Of a stretch of 39,493 bases of DNA, positions 18,276 to 28,860 are shown one piece after another; the first letter of the stretch is position 1; each line of letters begins with the position of its first letter. Below the pieces are notes generated by a model. That model ran no database searches. It saw only the letters and a program-made list of their open reading frames with translations, and was not told the DNA's origin. Source of the DNA: Pseudomonadota bacterium (GTDB lineage Bacteria; Pseudomonadota; Alphaproteobacteria; Caulobacterales; Hyphomonadaceae); the NCBI GenBank assembly GCA_038526925.1, contig JBCBGJ010000001.1, positions 1 through 39,493 on the forward strand. The letters are read 5' to 3'. A program made the position numbers and the translations under genes.

Positions 18276-19163
18276 ATGACGACAACAAGTCAAGCCGGTG
18301 GAAATCCAGATCGCAGCTTTGTTCGCAAGGCTATGAAGGCGCCAATGCTCGAAGCCGAGCACGAGCTTAATCTCGCGCGCCGATGGCGAGATCATGAAGA
18401 CGAACGCGCCCTGCATGAATTGACCACTGCCTATATGCGATTGGTCATCTCTATGGCCTCTAAATTTCGCCATTACGGATTGCCGCTCGCTGACTTGGTT
18501 CAAGAAGGCAATGTCGGCTTGATGCAAGCGGCAGCGCGGTTTGAACCCTCCCGCGAGGTGCGTTTCTCAACTTATGCTGCGTGGTGGATCCGGTCTTCAA
18601 TCCAGGATTATGTTCTGCGCAATTGGTCAATCGTGCGGACCGGCACCACGGCAGCTCAGAAGTCACTCTTCTTCAATCTCCGCCGCCTGCGCGCCAAAAT
18701 TGATGATACGGGCGACGCCGTGATGACAGCGGAAAACAAGAAATGGGTCTCAGAGCACCTTGGAGTACCAATCCGCGACGTCGAGAATATGGCCTCGCGC
18801 CTCTCGGCTTCTGATCGTTCCTTGAATGCGCCGCTCGCCGTTGACGGTGATGCGCAGTGGCAAGATCTCCTCCCAGATGAAAGCGCGACCCCAGACCAGC
18901 AGGTCATGGAAGAGCGTGACAATGCCAAGCGCAAAGAATGGATTGCGGAAGCGCTGCAAGTCCTAAATGAGCGCGAGACGCTGATCATATCAGAGCGCCG
19001 CCTGACCGATGATAGCGTGACCTTAGAAGTTCTCGGCAAGCGCCTCGGCATCTCGAAAGAGCGAGTCCGGCAGATTGAGCACCAAGCGCTTAATAAGCTG
19101 CGCAAAACGCTCACCAAAATGGTCGGCGATCCAGAAAAAGCTGGACTCATTCCGGCCACTTAA
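18276..19163 (+). CDS. rpoH: RNA polymerase sigma-32 factor, RpoH2 type
   Basis: DLVQEGNVGLMQA, RFSTYAAWWI, RpoH box QKSLFFNLRRL, region 4 SKERVRQIE; KAMKAPML N-terminus resembles RpoH2; GGAGG SD. Confidence 0.93.
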   Translation: MTTTSQAGGNPDRSFVRKAMKAPMLEAEHELNLARRWRDHEDERALHELTTAYMRLVISMASKFRHYGLPLADLVQEGNVGLMQAAARFEPSREVRFSTYAAWWIRSSIQDYVLRNWSIVRTGTTAAQKSLFFNLRRLRAKIDDTGDAVMTAENKKWVSEHLGVPIRDVENMASRLSASDRSLNAPLAVDGDAQWQDLLPDESATPDQQVMEERDNAKRKEWIAEALQVLNERETLIISERRLTDDSVTLEVLGKRLGISKERVRQIEHQALNKLRKTLTKMVGDPEKAGLIPAT

Positions 19164-19186
19164 TCCGACGAGATTACTCTCAATAT

Positions 19187-19222
19187 GCGGGTTCGCAGGT
19201 TTAGCGCTTGCGAACCCGTTTT
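19187..19222 (+). terminator. Probable terminator of rpoH2
   Basis: CGGGTTCGCA / TGCGAACCCG 10-bp stem followed by TTTT. Confidence 0.6.
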
Positions 19223-19235
19223 CGCATTCCCACAT
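19207..19235 (+). promoter_or_regulatory. Sigma32-type promoter of clpB
   Basis: CTTG-N18-CCCACAT, resembling the alphaproteobacterial RpoH consensus. Confidence 0.65.
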
Positions 19236-19336
19236 GAGATCCGAACGGGTTGCTGCTGAGCGGGACCCAGACGAAACTTACCCCCCGCGCAACCCATGTT
19301 GGCGGGCCCAGATCTGCCTTTGAAAGGGGATGTGAT

Positions 19337-21958
19337 ATGAATTTTGAAACCTATACCGAGCGCGCGCAAAGCGTCCTCCAAGCCGCCCAGACCGCAGCGC
19401 TCGCCAATTCCAATCAACTCTTTTTGCCCGAGCATATTCTAAAAGCGATGCTCGAAGACCGCGACCAACTCGCGGTAAACCTAATTCGTGCGGCGGGTGG
19501 CCAGCCTGAACGCGTGGTCCAGACGCTTGATGACGCCCTGCGCGCTGTCCCGAAAGTCAGCGGCGGCCAAGGCGGGTTGCGGCTCGACCAAAGCACCGCG
19601 AAACTGTTTGCCGACGCCGAAGCCAGCGCCAAGAAAGCTGGTGACAGTTTCATCACCGTTGAACGCCTGCTGATCGCACTGGCGAGCCTTAAGAAAAACA
19701 AAGCCGCCGAAGCGCTCGCCCAATCGGGCGTCACGCCGAGCCTGTTGGAGGCGGCTGTAACGCAGCTGCGCCAAGGCCGCACCGCCGACAGCGCCAATGC
19801 TGAAGAAGGCTACGAAGCGCTTAAGAAATATACGCGGGACCTGACGACAGATGCGCGCTCCGGTAAGCTCGACCCGGTGATTGGACGCGATGAAGAAATC
19901 CGCCGCGCCATCCAGGTCCTATCCCGCCGGACAAAGAACAATCCGGTCCTGATCGGTGAACCAGGTGTGGGGAAGACCGCGATCGCGGAAGGCCTGGCGC
20001 TGCGCATTGTCAACGGCGATGTGCCGGAAAGCCTGAAGGAAAAACGCCTGCTCGCGCTCGACATGGGCGCGTTGATTGCCGGTGCGAAGTTTCGCGGTGA
20101 GTTCGAAGAGCGTTTGAAAGCCGTCCTCAAAGAAGTCGAACAGGCCGAAGGCGGCATCGTTCTCTTCATTGACGAGATGCACACCCTGGTCGGCGCCGGG
20201 AAAACCGATGGCGCCATGGACGCTTCTAACCTGATCAAGCCAGCCTTGGCGCGCGGCGAATTGCATTGTCTGGGCGCCACGACGCTCGATGAGTATCGCA
20301 AATATGTTGAGGGCGATGCGGCTTTGGCCCGCCGCTTCATGGCGGTCTATGTCGATGAGCCGACCGTTGAAGACACAATCTCCATCTTGCGCGGCCTGAA
20401 AGGGCGCTATGAGGCCCATCATGGTGTGCGGGTCAGTGATAGCGCAATTGTCTCAGCCACGACGCTCTCTAACCGCTATATCACCGACCGCTTTTTGCCG
20501 GACAAGGCCATCGACCTGATGGACGAAGCCGCCTCGCGCCTGCGCATGCAAGTCGATTCCAAGCCGGAAGAGCTAGACGAGATCGATCGGCGCTTGCTGC
20601 AGCTAAAGATCGAAGCCGAAGCGCTCAAAAAGGAAAAAGATGACGCCTCTGTCGATCGCCTGAAAACGATTGAGGGCGAGATTGGCGAGCTGCAAACCAA
20701 ATCGGATGAACTCACCACAGCTTGGGCCGCGGAAAAAGATAAGCTGAAAGGTGCTGCCTCCGCGAAGGAAGAGCTAGATCGCGCCTATGCTGAAATGGCT
20801 GAAGCGCAGCGCGTCGGCGACCTGCAGAAAGCGTCGGAATTGAAATTCTCAGCTATTCCCGCGCTCGAGAAACGCATTGCAGACGTTGAAGGCAGTGAAG
20901 ATGCCGGTGACGAAGGCGGGCTTGTCTCTGAAGTCGTGCGCCCCGATCATATCGCTGGTGTCGTCAGCAAATGGACGGGCATTCCGGTCGACAAGATGCT
21001 GGAAGGCGAGCGCGAAAAGCTGCTGCGTATGGAAGATGCCTTGCGGGCCCGTGTCGTTGGCCAGGAAGATGCGTTGCAAGCGGTCTCTAATGCGGTGCGT
21101 CGTGCCCGCGCTGGGCTGCAGGATCCAAACCGTCCGATCGGATCTTTTCTGTTCGTGGGCCCAACCGGGGTCGGCAAAACAGAGCTCACCAAAGCGCTGG
21201 CCGAATTCCTATTCGATGATGATAGCGCCGTTTTGCGGCTCGACATGTCGGAGTTTCAGGAGAAGCACTCGGTGGCTCGCTTGATCGGGGCGCCTCCGGG
21301 CTATGTCGGCTATGATGAAGGCGGGGTCCTGACCGAAGCTGTCCGCCGCCGCCCTTATCAAGTCGTCCTGTTCGATGAGGTCGAGAAAGCGCATCCAGAT
21401 CTGTTCAACACGCTGCTCCAGGTCCTGGATGATGGCCGACTGACGGATGGTCAGGGTCGAACAGTCGATTTCAAGAATACAGTCGTGATCATGACATCGA
21501 ACCTCGGCGCGGATGCGATTGCGAACGGCGAAGAAGGTGAGCTGAGCCCCGCGCAGCGCGAGGCGGTTTCAACCGCGATCCGAGCGCATTTCCGTCCAGA
21601 ATTCATCAACCGGATCGATGAAACGGTCTTCTTCCAACGCCTTGGCCGCGGCGAGATTGATCATATTGTCGACATCCAAATCGGGCGGCTCGGCAATTTG
21701 CTGAGAGACCGTAAGATGTCGGTCGAATTGACCGAAGCGGCCCGGCACTGGCTCGCCGAGCGGGGGTATGATCCAGTCTATGGTGCCCGTCCCTTGAAAC
21801 GTGTCATCCAGAAAGAGCTGCAAGATCCACTCGCGCGGCTACTTCTTGAAGGCCGTATCCATGATGGCGAGACGATCAAAGTTGATGCTGAGGCGCAAAG
21901 CCTCACGATCAATGGCGTGCCGAACGATTTCGCGAAAGGCGCAGCCGTCTTGAACTAG
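19337..21958 (+). CDS. clpB: ATP-dependent disaggregase ClpB
   Basis: Two AAA+ domains ([16 protein letters not shown]), coiled-coil M domain, GAPPGYVGY; ATG 19337. Confidence 0.97.
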   Translation: MNFETYTERAQSVLQAAQTAALANSNQLFLPEHILKAMLEDRDQLAVNLIRAAGGQPERVVQTLDDALRAVPKVSGGQGGLRLDQSTAKLFADAEASAKKAGDSFITVERLLIALASLKKNKAAEALAQSGVTPSLLEAAVTQLRQGRTADSANAEEGYEALKKYTRDLTTDARSGKLDPVIGRDEEIRRAIQVLSRRTKNNPVLIGEPGVGKTAIAEGLALRIVNGDVPESLKEKRLLALDMGALIAGAKFRGEFEERLKAVLKEVEQAEGGIVLFIDEMHTLVGAGKTDGAMDASNLIKPALARGELHCLGATTLDEYRKYVEGDAALARRFMAVYVDEPTVEDTISILRGLKGRYEAHHGVRVSDSAIVSATTLSNRYITDRFLPDKAIDLMDEAASRLRMQVDSKPEELDEIDRRLLQLKIEAEALKKEKDDASVDRLKTIEGEIGELQTKSDELTTAWAAEKDKLKGAASAKEELDRAYAEMAEAQRVGDLQKASELKFSAIPALEKRIADVEGSEDAGDEGGLVSEVVRPDHIAGVVSKWTGIPVDKMLEGEREKLLRMEDALRARVVGQEDALQAVSNAVRRARAGLQDPNRPIGSFLFVGPTGVGKTELTKALAEFLFDDDSAVLRLDMSEFQEKHSVARLIGAPPGYVGYDEGGVLTEAVRRRPYQVVLFDEVEKAHPDLFNTLLQVLDDGRLTDGQGRTVDFKNTVVIMTSNLGADAIANGEEGELSPAQREAVSTAIRAHFRPEFINRIDETVFFQRLGRGEIDHIVDIQIGRLGNLLRDRKMSVELTEAARHWLAERGYDPVYGARPLKRVIQKELQDPLARLLLEGRIHDGETIKVDAEAQSLTINGVPNDFAKGAAVLN

Positions 21959-21985
21959 CGGTGGCATGTATTGGAGCGATGAAGA

Positions 21986-22009
21986 GCCCGCCGATGAACG
22001 TCGGCGGGT
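21986..22009. terminator. Hairpin between convergent clpB and M23 genes
   Basis: GCCCGCCGAT-GAAC-GTCGGCGGGT; poor U-tract. Confidence 0.55.
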
Positions 22010-22014
22010 TCGGT

Positions 22015-23334
22015 TTATTGCGCTGACGCAGAGGCTGCGGCAAGCAGCACGGCGGGAACCGGCGGATTGTCAGCCAAACGGATCTCATCAATGCGATCGC
22101 GCTCAACTTCAAACTCGGCGAGAATTTCAGGATCCATGGCGAGCTTGCGCCCGGTTGGAAGCTTCAGCCGCATAGCATCGACAGCGCGACCATTCTTATA
22201 GACCTCATAATGTAAGTGAGGTCCTGTCGAGGCACCGGTTGATCCGACATAGCCAATTACCTCGCCTTGCCGCACGCGGCGTCCGCTGCGCACACCGCGC
22301 GCATAGCGTGAGAGGTGCGCATAGGCCGTCTTGTAGCCTTTTGAGTGACGGATGCGGATATAATGACCATAGCCGCCATACCGGCTCGCGCGCTCAACAA
22401 CCCCATTCCCAGCGGCAAAAATGGGCGTCCCCGTAGGCGCCGCAAAGTCGGTGCCTTTGTGCAGCCTTGTATAGCCGCTGATCGGATGGCGGCGTTTGCC
22501 AAATCGAGACGATAACCGTGCGCCGTTGATTGGGGTCTTCATCAGAAACTTGGTCGAGCTTTCGCCATTCTCCTGGAAATAGTCCGTGATGTTCTCGTCG
22601 GGCGTTGTGAACCGATAGAAAGACTTGTTTACGGCTTTCCCGTTCAACGCCGCATAGAGGACGTTGCCGCGGCGAATGACATTGCCGCGTTCATCGGTGA
22701 GAACGTCAAACACCATTTCGAACTGGTCGCCCGGGTGAACCTCGCGCTGGAAGTCGAGGTCGTAGGCAAACACTTGCGCAAAATCGACGACTTGCTGATC
22801 CTCTGCGCCAAGCACTTGGGCATCTTGGTACAAGCTCGTTTCGATGCTGCCTCTAACGATCATCGGCTGTGGGATGAGCCGCGATTCGAGCGCCATGGCT
22901 TGGTAATTGCCATCTGGCAATCGCTTGGCCATCAATCGGCGTCCAGCATCCAATTCAATGCTAATGGCGTTCAACGCGTCATCCGCAATATGCGCCGTCA
23001 GGGCCATGCCTGCACGGGCGCGCCGGGCGTCCAAAAGCTCTGACGAGGTCAGGCTATAAAGTGCGCGGTGACCATCATTATTGGGCAGATCCAGGCGTTT
23101 CACGAGATCGGACAGTGTTTCGCGCCGTTTCAGGGTCGCTGTCCGCACTTCGAGCGGCGACGCGATGCCAAAGTCCTCGGCATCAATCGTAAGCGCTGCA
23201 AGATTGAGCGGCGTTTCGAGCGGCGTTTCAAGCGCTGGCGAGACGTTTGTCTCTACATCCAAGACAAGAACGGTGCCTGCTGACAGGCCGACCAAAGCCG
23301 CAATGCCAATCAGACTTCGCATCCCCGCAGACAT
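22015..23334 (-). CDS. M23-family peptidoglycan DD-endopeptidase (MepM-like)
   Basis: N-terminal TM, HKGTDF (HxxxD), STGPHLHYE; start uncertain (23334 or 23322). Confidence 0.92.
   Translation of the reverse strand: MSAGMRSLIGIAALVGLSAGTVLVLDVETNVSPALETPLETPLNLAALTIDAEDFGIASPLEVRTATLKRRETLSDLVKRLDLPNNDGHRALYSLTSSELLDARRARAGMALTAHIADDALNAISIELDAGRRLMAKRLPDGNYQAMALESRLIPQPMIVRGSIETSLYQDAQVLGAEDQQVVDFAQVFAYDLDFQREVHPGDQFEMVFDVLTDERGNVIRRGNVLYAALNGKAVNKSFYRFTTPDENITDYFQENGESSTKFLMKTPINGARLSSRFGKRRHPISGYTRLHKGTDFAAPTGTPIFAAGNGVVERASRYGGYGHYIRIRHSKGYKTAYAHLSRYARGVRSGRRVRQGEVIGYVGSTGASTGPHLHYEVYKNGRAVDAMRLKLPTGRKLAMDPEILAEFEVERDRIDEIRLADNPPVPAVLLAAASASAQ
23206..23229. repeat. In-frame 12-bp tandem duplication (GAGCGGCGTTTC x2; ETPL-ETPL)
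   Basis: Seen directly. Confidence 0.8.
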
Positions 23335-23421
23335 AGACTTCAACACTCGGTTTACTCCCGCGACGGGACAATTCCCGTCCCACTTGAATCTCACTGGCCA
23401 GTTTCGTTCAAGAATTGTGCC

Positions 23422-23437
23422 GTTAAAGACTTAATAA
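23422..23437 (-). promoter_or_regulatory. CtrA-like box upstream of the M23 gene
   Basis: TTAT-N7-TTAAC on - strand (one mismatch to TTAA-N7-TTAAC). Confidence 0.45.
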
Positions 23438-23574
23438 CCTGTAGCACGCGTTGACACTTTTCGGAGCCCCTACGCAGATTTCAATTAAGTCATGTAGCCT
23501 TTATTGGTCGATGATCGAGCACGATTTGCTCAATTGGCAGTGGACACGCGGCATTCGCCGCTTAAATCGAACGC

Positions 23575-23811
23575 ATGAAAACGACTCTCCTTCTGATTAT
23601 CGCAGCGATTGCTGGGCTCGGCCTTACATTTTGGGCGGTCGGTATGATGTGGAGTGATCTTGGGGTCTCGATGACGATGCATGGCTGGATCGCTTACGGC
23701 CTCGGCGTGCTGGTCAGCATTGCTCTGGCTGGGGGTTTGTTCTTTCTAACCTTCAAAAGCGCCCGTGACGGGTATGACGATATTGAGCGCCCTGAAGACC
23801 TGAACGATTAG
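23575..23811 (+). CDS. Small two-TM membrane protein
   Basis: Two hydrophobic helices, then SARDGYDD tail. Confidence 0.75.
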   Translation: MKTTLLLIIAAIAGLGLTFWAVGMMWSDLGVSMTMHGWIAYGLGVLVSIALAGGLFFLTFKSARDGYDDIERPEDLND

Positions 23812-23872
23812 ACACGTCAAATCTCTGCGAATCGGTTAGACAGAAGCCTAATCGGTTTACTGGGGTTATGAG

Positions 23873-24514
23873 ATGATTGAACCATCCCGTCTTGCAGCTT
23901 TTATTGCATCTCGCATCTGTCATGATTTGATTTCACCTGTCGCGTCAGTGAACTCGGCCCTGGAACTTCTGGAAGAGCCAGGTGATGCCGACATGAAAGC
24001 GCAAGCTGAGCAATTACTACACAATGGCGCTGAGTCCGCGGGCGCGCGCATTCAATTGCTACGCTACGCGTTCGGGTCTGCCGGCCTCTCCAACACGGCG
24101 GCCGATCGCCATGATGTGCGCCGGATCATCGAAGGCTTCATGAAAAGCCACAAACCCAGCATCGAATGGAACATTGAGACCGAGCACTTCAGCTGCGGCC
24201 ATGCGCGAGTGTTAATGAACCTGGTGATTATGGCGACTTCCGCTATTCCGCGCGGCGGCGTGGTGGCGCTTTCTGTTGCAAATGACGAGACTGGATTGCG
24301 GGTAGCCGCGGACGCCAAAGGCCCGAAGGCCCGTCTGTCTGGCTTTACCGAGACAGTGCTCGCAGGGGGCACGCCGGAAGAAGGCTGGTCCGCTCACACA
24401 ATCCAGCCCCTCTTTGCGAAAATGGTCGCCAGCGACCTTGGCGGAGAGATCACAGCCACTGCAGCAGAAGAGCATGTCAGCTTCGTTGCACATGGGCTGC
24501 GCGCAGAAGGCTAA
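23873..24514 (+). CDS. chpT: Histidine phosphotransferase ChpT
   Basis: ASRICHDLISPV H-box, LRYAFG, degenerate CA domain AIPRGG. Confidence 0.93.
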   Translation: MIEPSRLAAFIASRICHDLISPVASVNSALELLEEPGDADMKAQAEQLLHNGAESAGARIQLLRYAFGSAGLSNTAADRHDVRRIIEGFMKSHKPSIEWNIETEHFSCGHARVLMNLVIMATSAIPRGGVVALSVANDETGLRVAADAKGPKARLSGFTETVLAGGTPEEGWSAHTIQPLFAKMVASDLGGEITATAAEEHVSFVAHGLRAEG

Positions 24515-24574
24515 CACTCTATTAAGTTGTTTTCGCCCATAATCGGGGCGGGTTGCAACTTAAACGGGTCTGCC

Positions 24575-24940
24575 ATGAAACACTGCTTGATCGTCGACGA
24601 TTCACGGGTCGTTCGCACTGTCGCGGGACGGATCATTCAAGATCTATCGTTCACCGTCTCAGAAGCGGCGCATGGCGCTGAAGCGCTTGAGATGTGTCGT
24701 AAAGAGATGCCAGATGCCATCCTGCTCGATTGGAATATGCCAGTCATGAACGGGCTGGACTTCCTGCGCGCGCTGCGCCGTGAAGATCACGGCAAAGATC
24801 CGGTCGTCGTATTTTGCACCAATGAAAACGATTCCGAACATATCGGCGAAGCTATCCGCGCAGGCGCGAACGAATACATCATGAAACCGTTCGATGCTGA
24901 GATCGTTGAGAGTAAATTTTCAGAAGTCGGCCTCGTTTGA
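24575..24940 (+). CDS. cheY: Single-domain CheY-like response regulator
   Basis: CLIVDDS, LLDWNMP, VFCT, YIMKPF; chpT-linked type. Confidence 0.9.
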   Translation: MKHCLIVDDSRVVRTVAGRIIQDLSFTVSEAAHGAEALEMCRKEMPDAILLDWNMPVMNGLDFLRALRREDHGKDPVVVFCTNENDSEHIGEAIRAGANEYIMKPFDAEIVESKFSEVGLV

Positions 24941-25001
24941 AGCCATTTCTTAATAAAATCGCGCTTTCTGGTAACTTTCAGGCTTAAGGGAACGCAGTCG
25001 C

Positions 25002-25841
25002 ATGCAAGAAAGCACATTCAATGAGCTTGCAGACTTAGCGCTGCGAAACAGCGGTCAGCATTTTGCGCCGACCAAGTCCTATTTGATGGATGCGCGCCTG
25101 AGCAATATCTCCCGGCGCGAGAGCTTCGCCACTTTGGATGATTTGGTTCAATGTCTGAAAGCGCGCCCTAATCCTCGTTTTGAACAAGAGGTCGCAGCCG
25201 CATTGACCGGTAAAAAGACAAGCTTTTTTAGTGAGCGCGATACGATTGAGCAGATCGTCACGCATGCCCTACCGCAGCGTTTGAAACTCTCTAAGTCAGG
25301 CAAACTCCGGGTCTGGTGCGCCGGGGTTTCGACTGGCCAGGAAGCCTGGTCACTTGCCATGCGGATTGGCGAAGAGGTTGGCTCACCGCTTGCCAGCGCA
25401 CAGATCGAGATCATCGGATCTGACCTCTCGACCGACTGTATCGAGACGGCAAAGCGCGGCGTCTATGGTCATTTCGATGTTCAAAAAGGTCTGTCGATCC
25501 ACCGCCTGATGACCAATTTCAATCGTCACGACAACGGCGAGTGGGAAATCAAAGACGAATTGCGCGAAACCGTCTTCTTCCGTCGTCAGAACCTCCTCAA
25601 TCCAGCTTCGGATCTTGGCGGGTTCGATGTGATCCTTTGCAGCAATGTCATCAGCAGTCTCGCGAAGCCCGCAAAGCGGCAAGTTGTAGAGACACTTGGC
25701 AAACAGATGTTGCCGGATGCTTATCTATTCTTCGGACCAGACGAGTCGATCGAAGGTGTTTCAAACACGATTAAGCCCTCACGCGATATGCGCGGTGCCT
25801 TCGTTCGCGCCGCTTCCGACAGCGCAACCGCTGCGGCCTGA
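25002..25841 (+). CDS. cheR: CheR-family methyltransferase with degenerate active site
   Basis: RVWCAGVSTGQE, GSDLS, FRRQNL, FDVILC; catalytic Arg and Tyr replaced (see findings). Confidence 0.85.
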   Translation: MQESTFNELADLALRNSGQHFAPTKSYLMDARLSNISRRESFATLDDLVQCLKARPNPRFEQEVAAALTGKKTSFFSERDTIEQIVTHALPQRLKLSKSGKLRVWCAGVSTGQEAWSLAMRIGEEVGSPLASAQIEIIGSDLSTDCIETAKRGVYGHFDVQKGLSIHRLMTNFNRHDNGEWEIKDELRETVFFRRQNLLNPASDLGGFDVILCSNVISSLAKPAKRQVVETLGKQMLPDAYLFFGPDESIEGVSNTIKPSRDMRGAFVRAASDSATAAA

Positions 25842-25922
25842 TCAACACCAACGTTTCCAGTACCAAAAGTCGCCTGACCTCAAGCAGGTGCAATTCCGCT
25901 ATGGCTCTGATATAGGCGCGGC

Positions 25923-27077
25923 ATGAAAGTCGAGCTTGATCTCTCCAAACGCCCTGACGCGGCCCCTGCCCCAAAATCGCTGGCAGGCATGTCTCTGCCT
26001 GCGCTCAAGGCGGAAATGGAAGCACTTGGCGTAGCGCCCAAGCAAGCTGGCATGCGCGCTAAGCAGATCCGCCGCTGGGCGCATCATATGGGCTGCCGAG
26101 ACTTTATGGAGATGACGGATGTCGCCAAAGATCTGCGCTTACAGCTGAGCGACGCCTACAATCTCGATCGTCCGACAGTGGCCGACCACCAAGTCTCCGT
26201 TGATGGAACGCAGAAATGGCTCGTTCAGTTTCAGCCCGGCGTCGAGGGCGAGAGCGTCTTCATCCCGGATGTTAGCAAGTCCGGCGCGCTCTGTGTCTCT
26301 AGCCAAGTCGGCTGCACGCTGAACTGCACCTTCTGTCATACCGGCACTCAAAAGCTTGTCCGCAATCTGACCGCACAAGAGATCGTCTCCCAGATCATGA
26401 TCGCGCGCGACCAGATCGAGGAATGGCCGAGCAGTATGGAAAACCGCCGCCTCACCAATATTGTCTTCATGGGCATGGGCGAGCCGCTGTATAATTTGGA
26501 TAATGTCGCCGAAGCGATCGACACGATCAGTGACGGGCATGGGATCGCCATTGGACGTCGCCGCATTACGGTTTCGACTGCTGGTGTAGCGCCAAAGATC
26601 CCGGAACTTGGTGCCCGTACCGGCGCGATGCTCGCCATCTCTCTGCACGCTGTGCGAGACGATTTGCGCAATGAGATTGTGCCGATTAATCGCAAATATG
26701 ATCTACAGACCCTGTTTGATGCGATCCGCGCCTATCCGGAGCTTAACAATTCCAAGCGCGTGACGTTTGAATATGTCATGCTGAAGGGTGTGAATGATAG
26801 CCTTGCGGAAGCGCGAGATTTGGTAAAATTGCTGCGCGGCGTGCCTGCGAAGATCAATCTGATCCCGTTCAATCCATGGCCGGGTAGCCTTTATGAATGT
26901 TCGGATTGGGAGACGATTGAAGCCTTTGCTGAGGTCGTGAATCGCGCTGGGTATGCAAGCCCGATCCGAACCCCGCGCGGCCGGGATATCTTCGCAGCAT
27001 GCGGTCAACTCCGGTCGGAGAGCGTCAAGAAATCAGCCGCTGAAAAACGCCGCGAAGCTCTGGCACAAGCCGATTAG
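25923..27077 (+). CDS. rlmN: Radical SAM rRNA/tRNA methyltransferase RlmN
   Basis: [38 protein letters not shown]. Confidence 0.97.
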   Translation: MKVELDLSKRPDAAPAPKSLAGMSLPALKAEMEALGVAPKQAGMRAKQIRRWAHHMGCRDFMEMTDVAKDLRLQLSDAYNLDRPTVADHQVSVDGTQKWLVQFQPGVEGESVFIPDVSKSGALCVSSQVGCTLNCTFCHTGTQKLVRNLTAQEIVSQIMIARDQIEEWPSSMENRRLTNIVFMGMGEPLYNLDNVAEAIDTISDGHGIAIGRRRITVSTAGVAPKIPELGARTGAMLAISLHAVRDDLRNEIVPINRKYDLQTLFDAIRAYPELNNSKRVTFEYVMLKGVNDSLAEARDLVKLLRGVPAKINLIPFNPWPGSLYECSDWETIEAFAEVVNRAGYASPIRTPRGRDIFAACGQLRSESVKKSAAEKRREALAQAD

Positions 27078-28789
27078 ACCCCCTGCGCGCCGCGCACCAA
27101 ACGCCCCGGTTTGGCCCCCGTCGCAACGCCGCCGCGCTGAATGATCTCGCCCGCCACAATCGTCGCTTCATAGCCATCGGCGCGCTGCATGAGGCGGCGT
27201 CCACCAGCAGGGAGATCGTGTACGATATAAGGCGCGTGGAGGGTTAGATTGTCATGATCAATGACGTTCAGATCCGCGCGAAACCCTGGCTTCAGCAAGC
27301 CGCGATCTTTCAAACCGACCCAGGCGGCAGTGTCATGGCTCTGACGCTTGATCAGAAACTCAAGTGGAAGCGTGTCCCCGCGCGAGCGATCTCTTGACCA
27401 GTGCGTTAGCAATGTGGTCGGGAACGACCCGTCACAGATCATCCCAACATGCGCGCCGCCATCAGATAGGCCGGGCAAACTAGCGGGGCTTTCCAGCATG
27501 GTCTTCACAGGGTCCAAACTGCCCTGCGCGTAATTCAAGAAGGGCAAATATAGCATCCCCCTGCCCTCGTCCGCGAGCATGAGGTCGAGTGCGACCGCCT
27601 CCGGCGTCGACCCGCGCGCCCTTGCGATTGCAGCGACAGTTTTATCCTCTGTCGGCTCATAGTCTGGTGGGTCACCAAGCACGAACATTTTGCCGAAGCT
27701 GCGCAGGATTGATTTTACGAAGGGATTTTCGGCATCCGGTTCGTCATTCAGCAGTTTCTCTCGGAAAGATGGATCTCGAAGCGCCGCGAGGCGAGCGTGA
27801 AAAGGCTCCGCCGCAATGGTCTGATAGACAGGATGGCCCGAAAACGGGTTCAGGGTGAGTTCCAGCCCCAACAAAAGGCCAACCGGACGCGGACCAACCT
27901 GCGCCCGCATCTCCAGACCTGCAGCTTGCGCGGCTTCGATCTCACTTAGAAGAAGCTTCCAACCCTCGGGTGCCACATCGGCCTGCGCCAGAGAGACTGA
28001 GAGAGGCCTGCCGGATTGCTCTACGATCCGGCGCAGCATGGCCGCCTCTTTCTGCGGATCATCAAAGTCAGAGACAAATTGCAAAACGCCCTTCCCGGCT
28101 TCGCCGAGGGCCATCGCAATACCCGCGAGCTCTTTCTCCGAGGCTGTCAGGGTTGGGGTCGGCTGCCCGTCAGAGGTTCGGTGGTTCAAAGTGCGCGAGG
28201 TCGAAAAGCCGAGTGCGCCAGCTTCAACCGCAGACTTAGCGAGTTTCGCCATAGCGGCGATATCCTCATCGCTTGCATCTTCCCGGTTCGCACCGCGATC
28301 ACCCATGACGTAGACCCGCAATGCGGCATGCGGCAGCTGCGCCCCGAAATCGATGTCGAACTGACGCTCTGACAGGCTATCTAGATAGTCCGGGAAGCTT
28401 TCCCAATTCCAGGGCAGGCCCTCGGCCAGCACCGGAAACGGAATGTCCTCAACGCCCTCCATCAGCCGGATGAGGCGGTCATGATCATGATCCCTCACAG
28501 GGGCAAAGCCGACGCCGCAATTGCCCATGATGGCGGTTGTCACGCCATGGTTGGAGGACGGTGACAGGGCCTCCCCCCAAGTGACCTGACCATCATAATG
28601 AGTATGAATGTCGACAAAGCCAGGCGCGACGAGCTTGCCTTTAGCGTCGACTTCTTCCGCACCCTTGCCAGCAACAGAACCGACCCCCGCAATTCGGCCA
28701 TCCTTGACCGCGACATCCGCATCCCGGCCGGGCTCGCCTGAACCATCGACGACGAAGCCGCCTCGGATCACCAGATCATAGTCTGCCAT
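27074..28789 (-). CDS. N-acyl-D-amino-acid deacylase family amidohydrolase
   Basis: [32 protein letters not shown]...ADLNVID. Confidence 0.9.
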   Translation of the reverse strand: MADYDLVIRGGFVVDGSGEPGRDADVAVKDGRIAGVGSVAGKGAEEVDAKGKLVAPGFVDIHTHYDGQVTWGEALSPSSNHGVTTAIMGNCGVGFAPVRDHDHDRLIRLMEGVEDIPFPVLAEGLPWNWESFPDYLDSLSERQFDIDFGAQLPHAALRVYVMGDRGANREDASDEDIAAMAKLAKSAVEAGALGFSTSRTLNHRTSDGQPTPTLTASEKELAGIAMALGEAGKGVLQFVSDFDDPQKEAAMLRRIVEQSGRPLSVSLAQADVAPEGWKLLLSEIEAAQAAGLEMRAQVGPRPVGLLLGLELTLNPFSGHPVYQTIAAEPFHARLAALRDPSFREKLLNDEPDAENPFVKSILRSFGKMFVLGDPPDYEPTEDKTVAAIARARGSTPEAVALDLMLADEGRGMLYLPFLNYAQGSLDPVKTMLESPASLPGLSDGGAHVGMICDGSFPTTLLTHWSRDRSRGDTLPLEFLIKRQSHDTAAWVGLKDRGLLKPGFRADLNVIDHDNLTLHAPYIVHDLPAGGRRLMQRADGYEATIVAGEIIQRGGVATGAKPGRLVRGAQGV

Positions 28790-28860
28790 GGTCTTCTCCT
28801 TGGGTATGAGACGAGTTTGCCAGTCCGGGCTGACCTGTCAAACCTGTCGCCGGGGGAAGA

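Noticed and set aside
19414-21823. Multiple long antisense ORFs within clpB (also in chvG, rpoH, nadE)
   Set aside because: Typical shadows of GC-rich codon usage; no SD or family motifs
23206-23229. 12-bp tandem repeat as a phase-variation locus
   Set aside because: Only two in-frame copies in a linker; no frameshift potential
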